DNA from: Patescibacteria group bacterium
GTDB lineage: Bacteria; Patescibacteriota; Patescibacteriia; JAHJFT01
Direction: 5' to 3'
Assembly (NCBI GenBank): GCA_028710985.1
Contig: JAQTTB010000001.1
Location: 167,397 to 231,396, forward strand
Length of the DNA stretch: 64,000 nt
Positions 46,084-56,424 of the stretch are shown here, in pieces (the stretch's first letter is position 1; each line of letters starts with the position of its first letter). The translations under genes and the position numbers were made by a program. The notes below the pieces were generated by a model, which worked only from the letters and a program-made list of their open reading frames with translations, ran no database searches and was not told the origin of the DNA.

Positions 46084-46155
46084 ATGGCAAAGAAGAAAGC
46101 CAAAAAGAAAGTCGCAAAGAAGAAAAAAGCGACAAAAAAGAAAAAGAAAAGATAA
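46084..46155 (+). CDS. Putative 23 aa poly-lysine micro-protein MAKKKAKKKVAKKKKATKKKKKR
   Basis: AAAGGAGGTG SD lies 9 nt upstream of the ATG. The sequence is a low-complexity AAG/AAA run. Alternative frames are listed in the ORF track (46019..46249). Speculative. Confidence 0.3.
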   Translation: MAKKKAKKKVAKKKKATKKKKKR

Positions 46156-46316
46156 TTTTTTTCTTTTACCAAACATCGAAAAGGCTCCCAAGACTGTCTG
46201 CCATCAATGCTTGTATGGCAAACAGCCCGCGGGAGTCTTTTTACTTTAAAAAACGCCCGCCGCAATTTCCCTGCCCGGGCGTAATATATATTTTCCGGCC
46301 GTCCGCTGAAATTTGG

Positions 46317-47573
46317 CTAAAATAAAGCTTTTTGGCTTGGTTTCTTGCTCAACTTCTCCTCATCGCTGAAGAGCTTCACGGTCCCGTATTCACCGTCATA
46401 TCCCGGATTGATGATGAGCCTTCCATCACGCGCGCGCGCCACCGCCTCGGCAATCATATCGCCGAATTTTTTTTCAATGTTTTTGATTTCCGTGTCCAAG
46501 AGCACCCCAAACTCCGAACCGAATTCATTAATCATCTCGTTGTAAATCTGCAAAACCTTTTTTGTCTTGGCGCCCTGATCCACGGCTTCGGAAATAATCT
46601 CCGCGAGCGGCACCATGCTCCGGTACGGAACCGCGCCCTCCGGACGCCTTCCCTCGGCATTGTCCGCCAAGTTATCCACACGGTTCAACACTCCGAGCGT
46701 CAGCTTCTTGCCGCATTTCGGACAAATTTCTTTGTTTTTCTTGGTTTCGGCCGGCTTGAAGCGCACGCCGCACTCGCGATGGCCGTCATAATGGTATTTT
46801 CCCTCTTCCGGGTAGAACTCAATGGTATAAAGAAATTTCTTTGTATCGCGTTTGCGCAGAATATCAAAGATATTATTATAATTTATGTCATCAAGCTCAA
46901 AAACATTGGCTTCGCGGCCCAGATTTCCCGGACTATGCGCATCGGAATTGGAAACCAGCATGATATTATCGAGTTTTGAACACCGCCAGTTCATTGCCGG
47001 GTCGCTTGAAAGCCCGGTTTCAATCGCGTGGATATGCGGCGCGAGCTCGTCAAAACACTCTTCGATGGAATCGTAGCCGCTTTTTGATCCGAAAATCGCA
47101 AACCACGGCGTCCAGGCATGAGCCGGAATGAGCATCGCTTCATCCGTGATGTCCAAGAGCATCTGCAATATCTCTTTAGAAGTAACGCCGACAATCGGCC
47201 GGCCGTCAGAGCGCAGGTTGCACCCGCGTTTCTCAAGAGCCGCGATAAATTTCTCAATCGCCGCGATGCTCGGGAGATAAATATTGTGATGCACGCGCCG
47301 CACGGCCCCTGACTTTTTATAAATGCAGGATATTTCCGTGCCCAAAATAAATTTGGTCGAAGATTTTTTATTTTTTAACTCAAAAATGCCCGGACCGCAT
47401 TCCGCGAGTTCGGATTTGATTGATTCAATCCACGCGGGATAAGTAAAATCCGCGGTTGAAACAACCTGAATCCCTTTTTTCTCGCACCCGGCGGCAATGT
47501 TCGCAAGCGTCAGCTCCGGCGAGCAGGAGCGGGAGTATTTTGAATGGATATGGAGATCGGCAATGACGCGCAT
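46317..47573 (-). CDS. PHP-domain metal-dependent phosphoesterase with C-terminal zinc ribbon
   Basis: The N-terminal VIADLHIHSKYS is the PHP His motif. The C-terminus has CPKCGKKLTLG. 418 aa. Confidence 0.65.
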   Translation of the reverse strand: MRVIADLHIHSKYSRSCSPELTLANIAAGCEKKGIQVVSTADFTYPAWIESIKSELAECGPGIFELKNKKSSTKFILGTEISCIYKKSGAVRRVHHNIYLPSIAAIEKFIAALEKRGCNLRSDGRPIVGVTSKEILQMLLDITDEAMLIPAHAWTPWFAIFGSKSGYDSIEECFDELAPHIHAIETGLSSDPAMNWRCSKLDNIMLVSNSDAHSPGNLGREANVFELDDINYNNIFDILRKRDTKKFLYTIEFYPEEGKYHYDGHRECGVRFKPAETKKNKEICPKCGKKLTLGVLNRVDNLADNAEGRRPEGAVPYRSMVPLAEIISEAVDQGAKTKKVLQIYNEMINEFGSEFGVLLDTEIKNIEKKFGDMIAEAVARARDGRLIINPGYDGEYGTVKLFSDEEKLSKKPSQKALF

Positions 47574-47574
47574 A

Positions 47575-48087
47575 TTACAATTTCTTGTTCATCATAAGCA
47601 TGTACGGCTTAAGTCCCCATTTCTTATAAAATTTTATTGCATGGACATTATTCGCAACCACATTAAGCTGCAAAAATTTGACTCTTCCCATCTTAAACCA
47701 CTTAAGGGTATCCTTCCATAAAAGATCGGAAACTCCCTTACCGCGATATTTCGGAATAACGAATATCTGCGCCAAATGTCCGATTAGCAGCTTTCGATCG
47801 TCAGGATAGTTTCTGATTCCCGCCAAGAGATACCCCACCGGCGCGGTGTCGTCTACCGCCACGATAAAATAAGTCTTTCTCTGCCTCGCCCACTTTAAAA
47901 ACTTTTTCCTTGACGTCGATCTTGAAAAAGCAACAAAACTCGGATCGATTTTTCTAAAAAGCGGCCGATGAAAAGCCCAAATTCCGGCGGTCAACTTCTT
48001 CATCGCCGGCCAATCGCTTGCTTTAACTTTTCTTATTTTTATATTCATATTACCACTATAATAACTCAAAATATCCAAAAAAGCCAA
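47575..48087 (-). CDS. GNAT family N-acetyltransferase
   Basis: HLAQIFVIPKYRGKGVSDLL is GNAT motif A (Q/RxxGxG/A). Confidence 0.75.
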   Translation of the reverse strand: MAFLDILSYYSGNMNIKIRKVKASDWPAMKKLTAGIWAFHRPLFRKIDPSFVAFSRSTSRKKFLKWARQRKTYFIVAVDDTAPVGYLLAGIRNYPDDRKLLIGHLAQIFVIPKYRGKGVSDLLWKDTLKWFKMGRVKFLQLNVVANNVHAIKFYKKWGLKPYMLMMNKKL

Positions 48088-48184
48088 TCAAAAAATCCGT
48101 AGAGGCATACTGCAATGCGCTCCTATGGACATTCTCATAATCCGATATTATATATTTTGGCCAAATTTTGAATCGTAGGGGCCG

Positions 48185-48326
48185 ACCCCTGTGTCGGCCC
48201 AGGTAGCCACCGCGCCCAACGGTTACCTAGCCGGGGCGGACGCGGGGGTCCGCCCCTACACGCCGACAACATCCTCTGCGATATTTAACAGGGCGACCGC
48301 AAGGGTCGCCCCTACATACGAATCTT
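48185..48326. repeat. Cluster of three REP-like units (GTAGGGG + GC hairpin) downstream of 5S: one on the top strand and two on the bottom strand
   Basis: cGTAGGGGCCGACCCCTGTGTCGGCC (48185..48210), GGCGGACGCGGGGGTCCGCCCCTAC (48246..48270) and GGGCGACCGCAAGGGTCGCCCCTAC (48302..48326). They share the GTAGGG head with the other REP copies. BIME-like arrangement. Confidence 0.7.
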
Positions 48327-48370
48327 TGAGATACAAAAAATCACCCTTACGGATGATTTTTTGATAATCC

Positions 48371-48484
48371 CGGCAATGACCTACTTTTCCGGACGCTAGG
48401 CGTCCAGTAACATCGGCGCTGGAGGGCTTAACTACCGTGTTCGATATGGGAACGGGTGTGGCCCCTCCGCGAAAATCACCAGGG
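48371..48484 (-). rRNA. rrf: 5S ribosomal RNA
   Basis: The reverse complement CCTGGTGATTTTCGCGGAGGGGCCACACCCGTTCCCATATCGAACACGGTAGTTAAGCCCTCCAGCGCCGATGTTACTGG... matches the 5S helix I/loop B/loop C consensus. Ends are approximate (+/-5 nt). Confidence 0.85.
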
Positions 48485-48620
48485 TTGAGATATGGATTAA
48501 GCATCCATAATTCAACCCAAGCGACTTTATAATTTTTCACGCGGGTATTTAAAGCCGATGATTTTCAATGTGCCGACCCTTTCGATATGCCTGTCCGCCG
48601 AAGCGAAGCGTAGGCGGAGG

Positions 48621-48654
48621 AACGGGTGTGGCCCCTCCGCGAAAATCACCAGGA
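48621..48654 (-). repeat. Duplicated 5S rRNA 5' fragment (34 nt identical to 48450..48483) in the 23S-5S spacer
   Basis: gaacgggtgtggcccctccgcgaaaatcaccagg occurs twice: once as the real 5S 5' end, and once in the spacer, followed by unrelated AT-rich sequence. Confidence 0.8.
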
Positions 48655-49011
48655 TAAATAAGTAAAATAAATTTACTTATCCGCCTGACGACTTTAACAA
48701 TGACGAATAAACTCACTAAAAAGCTTGAATGGTTGTAGAAATTGACCGATTAGTATTCCTCGGCTCAATCCCTTACGGGACTTACACCTGGAACCTATCA
48801 ACCTCCTCATCTCGAAGGAGTCTATAATGAAATCTAATCTTAGGGACAGCTTCGCGCTTATATGCTTTCAGCGCTTATCCAAACCGAACGTAGCTACCCA
48901 GCGATGCCCTTGGTAGGACAGCTGGTACACTAGAGGTTCGTTCACCTCGGTCCTCTCGTACTAGAGGCGAGACCCTTCAAATTTCGACGCCCATGGTGGA
49001 TAGGAGACCGA

Positions 49012-49780
49012 CATTCTGTTACTTTGCCAAACCACATCCGTTTTCAACCGGTGCTCTGTGGTGATTCCGACTTTCGTCGGAACTCTGCATGTCGCCATGC
49101 AGTTCGGACTATATCTTATCCCGATATATTTCGGAATTTCGGCATATAGTCTCTGAGGATTTCAAGGAATCTAATACAATTTTCTTATTAATTTTTCGGT
49201 ATTTACCGGCGCAATTCATACTGTAAGCAAAGCAAATAATTCTTTTAGCGCCATCAATGGTTGAGTGATCTGCATTCTCCATCATATCCACTATGCGCTT
49301 AAAAATTACCATTGCGTCATGTTTCTTTGAAATTAAAGGATACTTCTCGAAAAATGGAATTATCGTCTTTCTTAAGTCATTCCTATTTCTAACCACATAC
49401 ACCAGCGTATCATCTTTTTTATTTCGAGCGTGATTATTTTTGATATAGCCACAACCGAAATAATTTTTAATCGCTTCCAGAGTTTCTTTACGCAAATAAC
49501 TCTGATTTATGTGGAATTCAGGAATGAATTTAAGACCTGTTTTCATTTTTGCGTCTTTATAAATCGCAATATGAAAAGTTCCTTCGCCTTCAACGAAACC
49601 GGTAATATACCATGGATTTAGATTCTTCGATCTTTCCTGCTGATTATCTGCACTCATCACTTTTTTACTTTAATATATATATTATATCAAAGTAGTGTGA
49701 GATTCACAAGCCTCACTCCTTTTTGAGGCTCTCCAGACTTTCCAGCATTTAGCCGAATTTATAGACAGCACGATCTTCAT
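49012..49780 (-). mobile_element. Group I intron in 23S rRNA at the I-CreI-type site (E. coli ~2593, after GAGACAGT)
   Basis: The 23S exon sequence GAACGTCGTGAGACAGT | TCGGTCTCCTATCCACCATGGGCG is split by 769 nt that contain a LAGLIDADG ORF. Confidence 0.8.
49109..49660 (-). CDS. LAGLIDADG homing endonuclease (single-motif, I-CreI-like)
   Basis: WYITGFVEGEGTF is a LAGLIDADG motif near the N-terminus. 183 aa, AT-rich, encoded entirely within the 23S intron. Confidence 0.8.
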   Translation of the reverse strand: MMSADNQQERSKNLNPWYITGFVEGEGTFHIAIYKDAKMKTGLKFIPEFHINQSYLRKETLEAIKNYFGCGYIKNNHARNKKDDTLVYVVRNRNDLRKTIIPFFEKYPLISKKHDAMVIFKRIVDMMENADHSTIDGAKRIICFAYSMNCAGKYRKINKKIVLDSLKSSETICRNSEIYRDKI

Positions 49781-49824
<44 letters not shown>

Positions 49825-49837
49825 TGGCGAACAGCCA

Positions 49838-49893
<56 letters not shown>

Positions 49894-50002
49894 TCTCCGT
49901 CGTCGATATGGACTCTTGGACGGAATCAGCCTGTTATCCCCGGAGTAGCTTTTATCCGTTGAGCTCCCGCCGTCCTACTTCGAACGGTCGGATCACTAAC
50001 TT

Positions 50003-50034
<32 letters not shown>

Positions 50035-50382
50035 GCAGTAAAGCCGACTTATGCGTTTGCACTTTCAGCCCGATTTCCATCCGGGCCAAGTCGACCTTTG
50101 TAAACGCCTCCGTTACTTTTTAGGAGGCAACCGCCCCAGTTAAACTACCCACCAGTTACTGTCTCCCAAACCGGATTCACGGTTCGAGATTAGAATACAC
50201 ACAACACAAGGGTGGTATCTCACTGTTGTCCCGAAGGACTCCCACCTATTCTGAACATGCGGAGCATGTATCCAATAACAAGTTATAGTAAAGCTTCACG
50301 GGGTCTTTTCGTCCAGCCATGGGTAAATCGCATCTTCACGACTCTTGTAATTTCACCGAGTCCCTCGTTGAGACAGTCCCCC

Positions 50383-50413
<31 letters not shown>

Positions 50414-50415
50414 CG

Positions 50416-50461
<46 letters not shown>

Positions 50462-51267
50462 GCGTTCATCCGCGCTTAAGATCAAGGCTTTTCCCGAAGG
50501 ATAACCTCTCCCCTTAACGTTCGGACACTGGCCAGGCATCAGCCCCTATACATCACCTTACGGTTTAGCAGGGACCTGTGTTTTTGGTAAACAGTCGCTA
50601 GGAATACTTTAGCTGCGCCCCAACACGAGGTTGGGGAGGCTTTATCCCGAAGTTACAGCCGCTTATTTGCAGAGTTCCTAAACGAGGGTTCTCTCGTACG
50701 CCTTGGCACACTTATGCCCACCCACCTGTGTCGGTTTACAGTACGGATACCTAAAAGTTTAATGCTAGAGGCTTTTCTTGGCTCCACGTCTTCTCATATT
50801 GGCCGGTATTACCAGCCTTTAGATCGCCTGCGGCCTGATGGCCCGCGGATTTACCTGCGGACCGGCGCGCAAACGCCCTACGCATATAACCAAAATACGC
50901 TAGAGATTTCGGGAAGCGTCCCCCCATCGCGCTCTTAGGTAGTGCAGGAATATTAACCTGCTCATCCATCGGTTACGCCTTTCGGCCTCACCTTAGGACC
51001 GACTAACCCTGGGACGAAGGTCGTTGCCCAGGAAACCTTGGGTTTACGGCGGAGAGGATTCTCACCTCTCTTTTTGTTACTAATGCCAACATTCTCTCTT
51101 CTCATCGCTCCACCGAACCTCACAGTTCGACTTCAACGCAATGAGAACGCTCCTCTACCACTCGCTCCGATAAATCGGAACGAATTCTCGTCTTCGGTAC
51201 TAAGTTTTAGCCCCGAAATATTTTCGGCGCAAAGCAACTTGACCAGTGAGCTGTTACGCTATCTTTA

Positions 51268-51305
<38 letters not shown>

Positions 51306-52813
51306 AGTCGCTCCACAGCCTTTCACACTTAACCTAGATTTTGGGACCTTAGACGGAGATCTGGGCTTTTTCCCTTTCGACTAATGGAGCTTAGCCCCCA
51401 CAGTCTGACTGCCAGGAACACTTTACGGTATTCGGAGTTTGGTTAGGAGGAGTAGATTTCTCCCTCCGTCCCATTCAGTGCTCTACCCCCGTAAAGCTAT
51501 TAACTGACGCTAGCCCTAAAGCTATCTCGAGGAGAACCAGCTATTACCGAGTTCGATTGGAATTTCTCCGCTATCCACAACTCATCCCCGCGTGTTGCAC
51601 GGCGCGTGAGTTCGGGCCTCCATTCCGCCTTCGCGGAACTTCACCCTGGTCATGGATAGGTCACCCGGTTTCGGGTCTTGCATGCGCTACCATAGACGCC
51701 CGTTAAGGCTCGCTTTCACTATGGCTCCGCCCCCGCAGGGGCTTAACCGGCAACGCATGACAAACTCGTTGGCTCATTCTTCAATAGGAATGCCGTCACC
51801 CCGACTTGCGTCGGGGCTCCGACTTTTTGTAAGCACACGGTTTCAGATACTGTTTCATCTCCCTTCCGGGATGCTTTTCAACTTTCCCTCGCGGTACTTG
51901 TTCACTATCGATCACAAGAAGTATTTAGTCTTGCCACATAGTCGTGGCTGATTCCCACAGGATTTCACGAGTCCCGTGGTACTCTAGGTTGAATGCTATA
52001 AATAGAGATCCCCTTTCGCGTACAGGGCTATCACCTTCTTTGGCTCCGCTTTCCAGCGGATTCTACTAGGGAAGATCGCTTTATTTACCAAGGCTTGCAA
52101 GCGCCTTGAACGCAAACACCCGCAACCCCCCGCAGACATATGGTCTTGCAACCTTAGGCGCAAACTCTATTTCACCCGAAGGTGTCACTTTGTTCACGCT
52201 TGGTCTGCGAGGTTTGGACTGATCCCTTTTCGCTCGCCACTACTCAGGGAATGGGCTGACCGATAAGTATCCGGCTCGCAAGATACGAGCCAAATACTTA
52301 AGGCCAGCATTGTTTTCTGTTCCTCTGGCTACTGAGATGTTTCACTTCGCCAGGTTGCCTTCTTGCACCTATGTATTCAGTGCAAAATATCCCATTCTTC
52401 CAATGGGATGGGTTTCCCCATTCGGATATCCCCGGGTCAAAGGTTGCTTGCCACCTAACCGAGGCTTTTCGCAGGCTGCTACGTCCTTCATCGTCTTCTT
52501 ATGTCGAGTCATCCTCCGTGCGCTCTTCGTGCTTCTACAACCATTTAAACTTTTTAGTTCAAATGGCACGTACAAGATTTTAATGATGCTATTTACTCGT
52601 CATTATTAAATTGTCAATGTTCACTTGGCCTTGTGGCCAAACCCTGTTCGTCTGGTCGCAAGTGAGTCAAAAAACCGCCCGGTCGTGTCCAAGCGGTGCG
52701 AAAACAAGCATTAAAACTGCGTCAACTGATTGGACACGTATTTGATTGGCTTGAAACTCTCATATTTTAGCGAAAAAATGCTCTTTTTATGATAATTATT
52801 TTAAACTGCCCAT

Positions 52814-52842
52814 ATTATACATATATGTATAATGCCTGTCAA
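52814..52842 (-). promoter_or_regulatory. Near-consensus sigma70 promoter (TTGACA-17-TATAAT) ~270 nt upstream of the 23S 5' end
   Basis: Minus strand: cccgccTTGACAggcattatacatatatgTATAATatggg. Confidence 0.7.
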
Positions 52843-52875
52843 GGCGGGGTTTTGTGGATAGCGCGGGGATAAAAT

Positions 52876-53508
52876 TTAATTAGATTTTTGAAAAATTACC
52901 TCAAATGAATCAATCAATTTCTTTCTTATCCGATTAACATCCAACGGCATTTGATTCACGCTTTTTTTTGTAATAACGCCAAAACCGACTTTTTCAGCTG
53001 TTTCAATTACTTTTTCCGGATCATGATAATAATATGGAACATCATACCCCTTTACGCCTTGAACCGAACTATTGTTCACGACAAAACTCAATGCAACGTA
53101 GCCCTTCGGACGCAGGGCCATATACCAATTTTCAAGTAGTATTTTCGCAATGTCGGAACTAATATATTGCAAAAAACGAGTTGCCACAACGGCCAAATAT
53201 TTTTCCTTTTCAAAAACAAATTTCTCAGCCTCTGCTTCGGTAAATGTAATCAAACCATGCTCTTTGTATTCCGATGGAAAAATATCAACAACATCAACGG
53301 CATCTACTCCATAGCCCATGCGAGCAAAAAAAACTGAATTCCGGCCATTGCCCGCACCAACATCCAGAACATGTCCGGGCAATTCCATATAATACGAAAG
53401 GTCTTGGCAAATCAAACTTGGCGTAGTTCTGGCAACGTAAAAACCATTATTATACGCCGTTCGCCAGCGTTGTTTAAAATCCTCGTTTACTGAAGGCATA
53501 TTTATCAA
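52876..53508 (-). CDS. Class I SAM-dependent methyltransferase (TehB-like)
   Basis: VLDVGAGNGRNSVFFARMGYGVDAVD resembles the TehB SAM-binding region (LDLGCGxGRNSLYL). Confidence 0.7.
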   Translation of the reverse strand: MINMPSVNEDFKQRWRTAYNNGFYVARTTPSLICQDLSYYMELPGHVLDVGAGNGRNSVFFARMGYGVDAVDVVDIFPSEYKEHGLITFTEAEAEKFVFEKEKYLAVVATRFLQYISSDIAKILLENWYMALRPKGYVALSFVVNNSSVQGVKGYDVPYYYHDPEKVIETAEKVGFGVITKKSVNQMPLDVNRIRKKLIDSFEVIFQKSN

Positions 53509-53516
53509 AAAATCCT

Positions 53517-53590
53517 TGGTGGACTTAAGCAGAATCGAACTGCTGTCTCCGCAATGCGAATGCGGCGTATTACCACTATACTATAAGCCC
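53517..53590 (-). tRNA. tRNA-Ala (anticodon CGC), CCA encoded
   Basis: Reverse complement: GGGCTTA-TA-GTAT-AGTGGTAAT-ATAC-G-CCGCA-TTCGCAT-TGCGG-AGAC-AGCAG-TTCGATT-CTGCT-TAAGTCC-A-CCA. The G3:U70 pair is present. Confidence 0.8.
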
Positions 53591-53627
53591 ATGATGATGG
53601 CCTGCCAGCCGAAGCCTTGGCGAAGGC

Positions 53628-53713
53628 TGGTGCCGAGGGAGGGACTCGAACCCTCACACCCTTGCGGGCACAAGGTCCTAAGCCTTGCGTGTATACCATT
53701 TCACCACCTCGGC
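53628..53713 (-). tRNA. tRNA-Leu (anticodon TAG), CCA encoded
   Basis: Reverse complement: GCCGAGG...CAAGG-CTTAGGA-CCTTG with the long variable arm TGCCCGCAAGGGTG, the T arm GAGGG-TTCGAGT-CCCTC, and the acceptor CCTCGGC-A-CCA. Confidence 0.8.
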
Positions 53714-53763
53714 GCACCCTCTTCGGCTACTGCAATTTTAACTAATTATTGCCGATTTTCGCA

Positions 53764-53931
53764 AAAAAGTCAAGAGTCCCAATCCTGTCAAGGGTCGGAT
53801 ATCCACAAAAAAAGTCAGAAGTCTCTGACATGTCGGATATATTTTACAGAGCCGCGAATTTTAATCAGTAAATTTGTCGGCCGTCAGTTACACCGACTTC
53901 TTAATGCCAAAGACTTCTGACAGAACTTGAC
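53764..53931. repeat. Imperfect ~44 bp direct repeats (AAAAAAGTCARRAGTC...GTCGGATAT x2) plus an inverted GACTTCTGAC copy upstream of the LTD-protein gene
   Basis: aaaaaagtcaagagtc...gtcggatat (53764..53802), aaaaaaagtcagaagtctctgacatgtcggatat (53807..53840) and gacttctgacagaacttgac (53912..53931). Candidate regulator-binding sites. Confidence 0.5.
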
Positions 53932-54000
53932 AAAATCGCGAACGCGATTTTTTTATACCTCGTGCTATGATTGAATCAGAAGAAAAAAGTAGGAGGAAAT

Positions 54001-56424
54001 ATGAGAACCATCACAATCGCGCTAATCATCGTTATCACACTGCCGACATTTTTATTTATTCAAAATATTCCCGCGCGCGCCGAGGAAGCGCCGCGCGTGA
54101 TAATTAATGAGATTTTCTGGAGCGGCTCATCGCTTTCTATTGCCGATGAGTTCATCGAGCTCTACAATACCACGAATGAACCGATTGATATAAGCGGCTG
54201 GGAAATTGCCGGCGCGGCCACAAATAAAAATTCGTTAATTCTTCCAGTGAATTCCACCATTTCGGCGCTGGGATTTTTTGTTGTCGCCAATTATTCACCG
54301 GCCAACGAAAAATCAATTTTAAATATTGAGGCGGATTATCTTTCCGCTTCGATATCGCTCGCCAACTCGGACGCGTATTATGCCCTTCGCGGCCCCGATG
54401 GCGCAACCGTTGACGCGGCGGATGACGGCATGGGAGCGCCGTTCTCTGGCGACAATGAAAACAAGGCCTCAATGGCCCGTCGTCCCGGTTGCTGGAATGG
54501 TGGCGCTGGGGAATGTTGGTTTACAGCCACTTCCTCAGCGAATATCAAGCCCGAAAACACCGATCTCGCGACTCCGGGCGCTGACAATGCTTACGTTGAA
54601 CCGCCCATCGAGCCACCCGCCGATCCTCCGGCCGATCCGCCATCCGTCGACCCGGTCGATCCGGCAAATCCAGTTGATACACCCGCCACGACGCCTCTTG
54701 TCCTACCGCCAAAAATTTTAATCAATGAAATTTTACCCAATCCAGCCGAAGGTAGTGAATGGATTGAACTTTTTAATCCCACAACTTCAACCGCCGATCT
54801 CGCCGGCTGGTCACTCGAGGACGGCGCCGGACGAATCGCAAGTCTCTCCGGCGAGATTGAACCCGGCTACTGGCTATACGTCCTGAATTCAGCAAAACTA
54901 AATAACGGCGGCGATAAAATATATATCGAATATAATGAACAAATCATTGATCGGGTCGCTTACGGAAATTGGCAAGACGAGGATGTAGGCGACAATGCTC
55001 CATGCCCGGGCCGGGGCCAGTCCCTGGCCCGGTCTCCCGCGGCCGCGGACACGGATAATGACTTTCAGGATTTTAAAATCACCACCGCGCCCACGCCCGG
55101 GAGAGAAAACCAAATCAGCGCGCCCGAACCAGAATCCGAGCCCGAACCTCAGCCGACTACAACAACGATTGTTACTCCCGAAACGCCAATCATCACTCCG
55201 GAAACCTCAACCGCAACAATCGAAGTGCCCATATCTCAACCATTGAATTTCGCTTCCGGCACCATGATCATCACCGAATTCATGAGCAATCCCCCTTCCG
55301 GCGGCGTGGAATGGATTGAAATCTATAATCCTAGCACGCAAAAAATTATTTTGGATAGCTGGCACATCACTGACGAACGCGGCACTCCCACAAATCTTAG
55401 CGGTGAAATAAATTCGTTCGAATATTTGCCAATCTTTGCGCCGCGCGGCCGGCTGAATAATGACGGCGACATTATTTCCATATTTGATCCGTCCGGCGGT
55501 TTGATTGACCGCGTTGATTATCTTACCGATCTCTCTTCTCCGCCCAAGGGCGCAAGCCTGGCCCGGATGGATCCGGGCGTCTGGCAGGTGAGCGAAGCGC
55601 CGACTCCAGGCGGTGAGAACATCTCCGCCCCGCTGGCCGAAGAATCCGCCGAATCGGAAAAAAAGGCCGAGCCTGGCAAATCCAAACTCAATGCGACAGT
55701 CCAGCCGCAAGAATCCGGATTTGACGAAGCCTACGAATGGCAAGTCGGGGACAAAATAATCCTTAAAGCATTCGTTGCGACCGCGCCCGGGCATTTCTCG
55801 GGACAATATTTTTTTGCCGGCGACGAAGAAGGCCACGGCGTTCAGATATATTCATACCGCAAAGATTTTCCCGAACTCAAAGTCGGCGATTATATTGAGA
55901 TTAACGGCGAACTATCGCAATTTAAGAATATTTGGCGCATCAAAATAAAAACAAAAGACGATATTGCGATAATCGATTCCGGTCAAATCAAAGCAATTGA
56001 ACTCAGCATTTCGGAAATCGGCTCGGAGAACATCGGCGGCCTAGTAAAAATTAGCGGCGAAATTACCGAAGCCAAAAAATCATACTTTTATCTCGATGAC
56101 GGCGCCGAAATAAAAGTTGGCCTGGCAAAAAATAGAACAAAGAACTCATCCACTCTTGAAATTGGCGCGCGCGCTTCAGCGACCGGAATTCTGCTTGCAA
56201 CCGAAGACGGATTTTTCTTAGAAACACGCGAATTAAATGATATTCTGGTTTTCAATGAAGATAAGCCGGCGCCGGCGGCGACTGAGAATAGTCCGGCCGC
56301 AACATCCGAGCGCAAACGCTCAAATTACGCCGGCCTTATCCCCCTCGGCATCCTGGTCGCCGCCGGCGCCGCAAACATCAAAAAATTAAAAAAATTAATA
56401 AAAAATAAAAAGGAGGGAATATGA
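54001..56424 (+). CDS. Large secreted multi-LTD (lamin tail domain) protein with C-terminal membrane anchor
   Basis: Start taken at the ATG with an AGGAGGA SD (the track used an upstream TTG at 53971). Signal peptide MRTITIALIIVITLPTFLF. Three LTD-like modules: VIINEIFWSGSS..DEFIELYNTT, ILINEILPNPAEGSEWIELFNPT and MIITEFMSNPPSGGVEWIEIYNPS. Pro/Thr-rich linkers. C-terminal TM LIPLGILVAAGAA plus a basic tail. Confidence 0.75.
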   Translation: MRTITIALIIVITLPTFLFIQNIPARAEEAPRVIINEIFWSGSSLSIADEFIELYNTTNEPIDISGWEIAGAATNKNSLILPVNSTISALGFFVVANYSPANEKSILNIEADYLSASISLANSDAYYALRGPDGATVDAADDGMGAPFSGDNENKASMARRPGCWNGGAGECWFTATSSANIKPENTDLATPGADNAYVEPPIEPPADPPADPPSVDPVDPANPVDTPATTPLVLPPKILINEILPNPAEGSEWIELFNPTTSTADLAGWSLEDGAGRIASLSGEIEPGYWLYVLNSAKLNNGGDKIYIEYNEQIIDRVAYGNWQDEDVGDNAPCPGRGQSLARSPAAADTDNDFQDFKITTAPTPGRENQISAPEPESEPEPQPTTTTIVTPETPIITPETSTATIEVPISQPLNFASGTMIITEFMSNPPSGGVEWIEIYNPSTQKIILDSWHITDERGTPTNLSGEINSFEYLPIFAPRGRLNNDGDIISIFDPSGGLIDRVDYLTDLSSPPKGASLARMDPGVWQVSEAPTPGGENISAPLAEESAESEKKAEPGKSKLNATVQPQESGFDEAYEWQVGDKIILKAFVATAPGHFSGQYFFAGDEEGHGVQIYSYRKDFPELKVGDYIEINGELSQFKNIWRIKIKTKDDIAIIDSGQIKAIELSISEIGSENIGGLVKISGEITEAKKSYFYLDDGAEIKVGLAKNRTKNSSTLEIGARASATGILLATEDGFFLETRELNDILVFNEDKPAPAATENSPAATSERKRSNYAGLIPLGILVAAGAANIKKLKKLIKNKKEGI

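Noticed and set aside
46019-46325. ORFs 46019..46249 and 46074..46325 (+) and 46026..46265 (-)
   Set aside because: They are overlapping frames across a low-complexity AAG/AAA tract and terminator hairpins. Only the short SD-preceded frame 46084..46155 is retained, and that as a low-confidence micro-ORF.
53505-53920. ORFs 53505..53717(-), 53516..53920(+), 57369..57557(-) and 57383..57595(-)
   Set aside because: They overlap tRNA-Ala/tRNA-Leu or tRNA-Gly genes and the repeat-rich spacer. Coding is not plausible.
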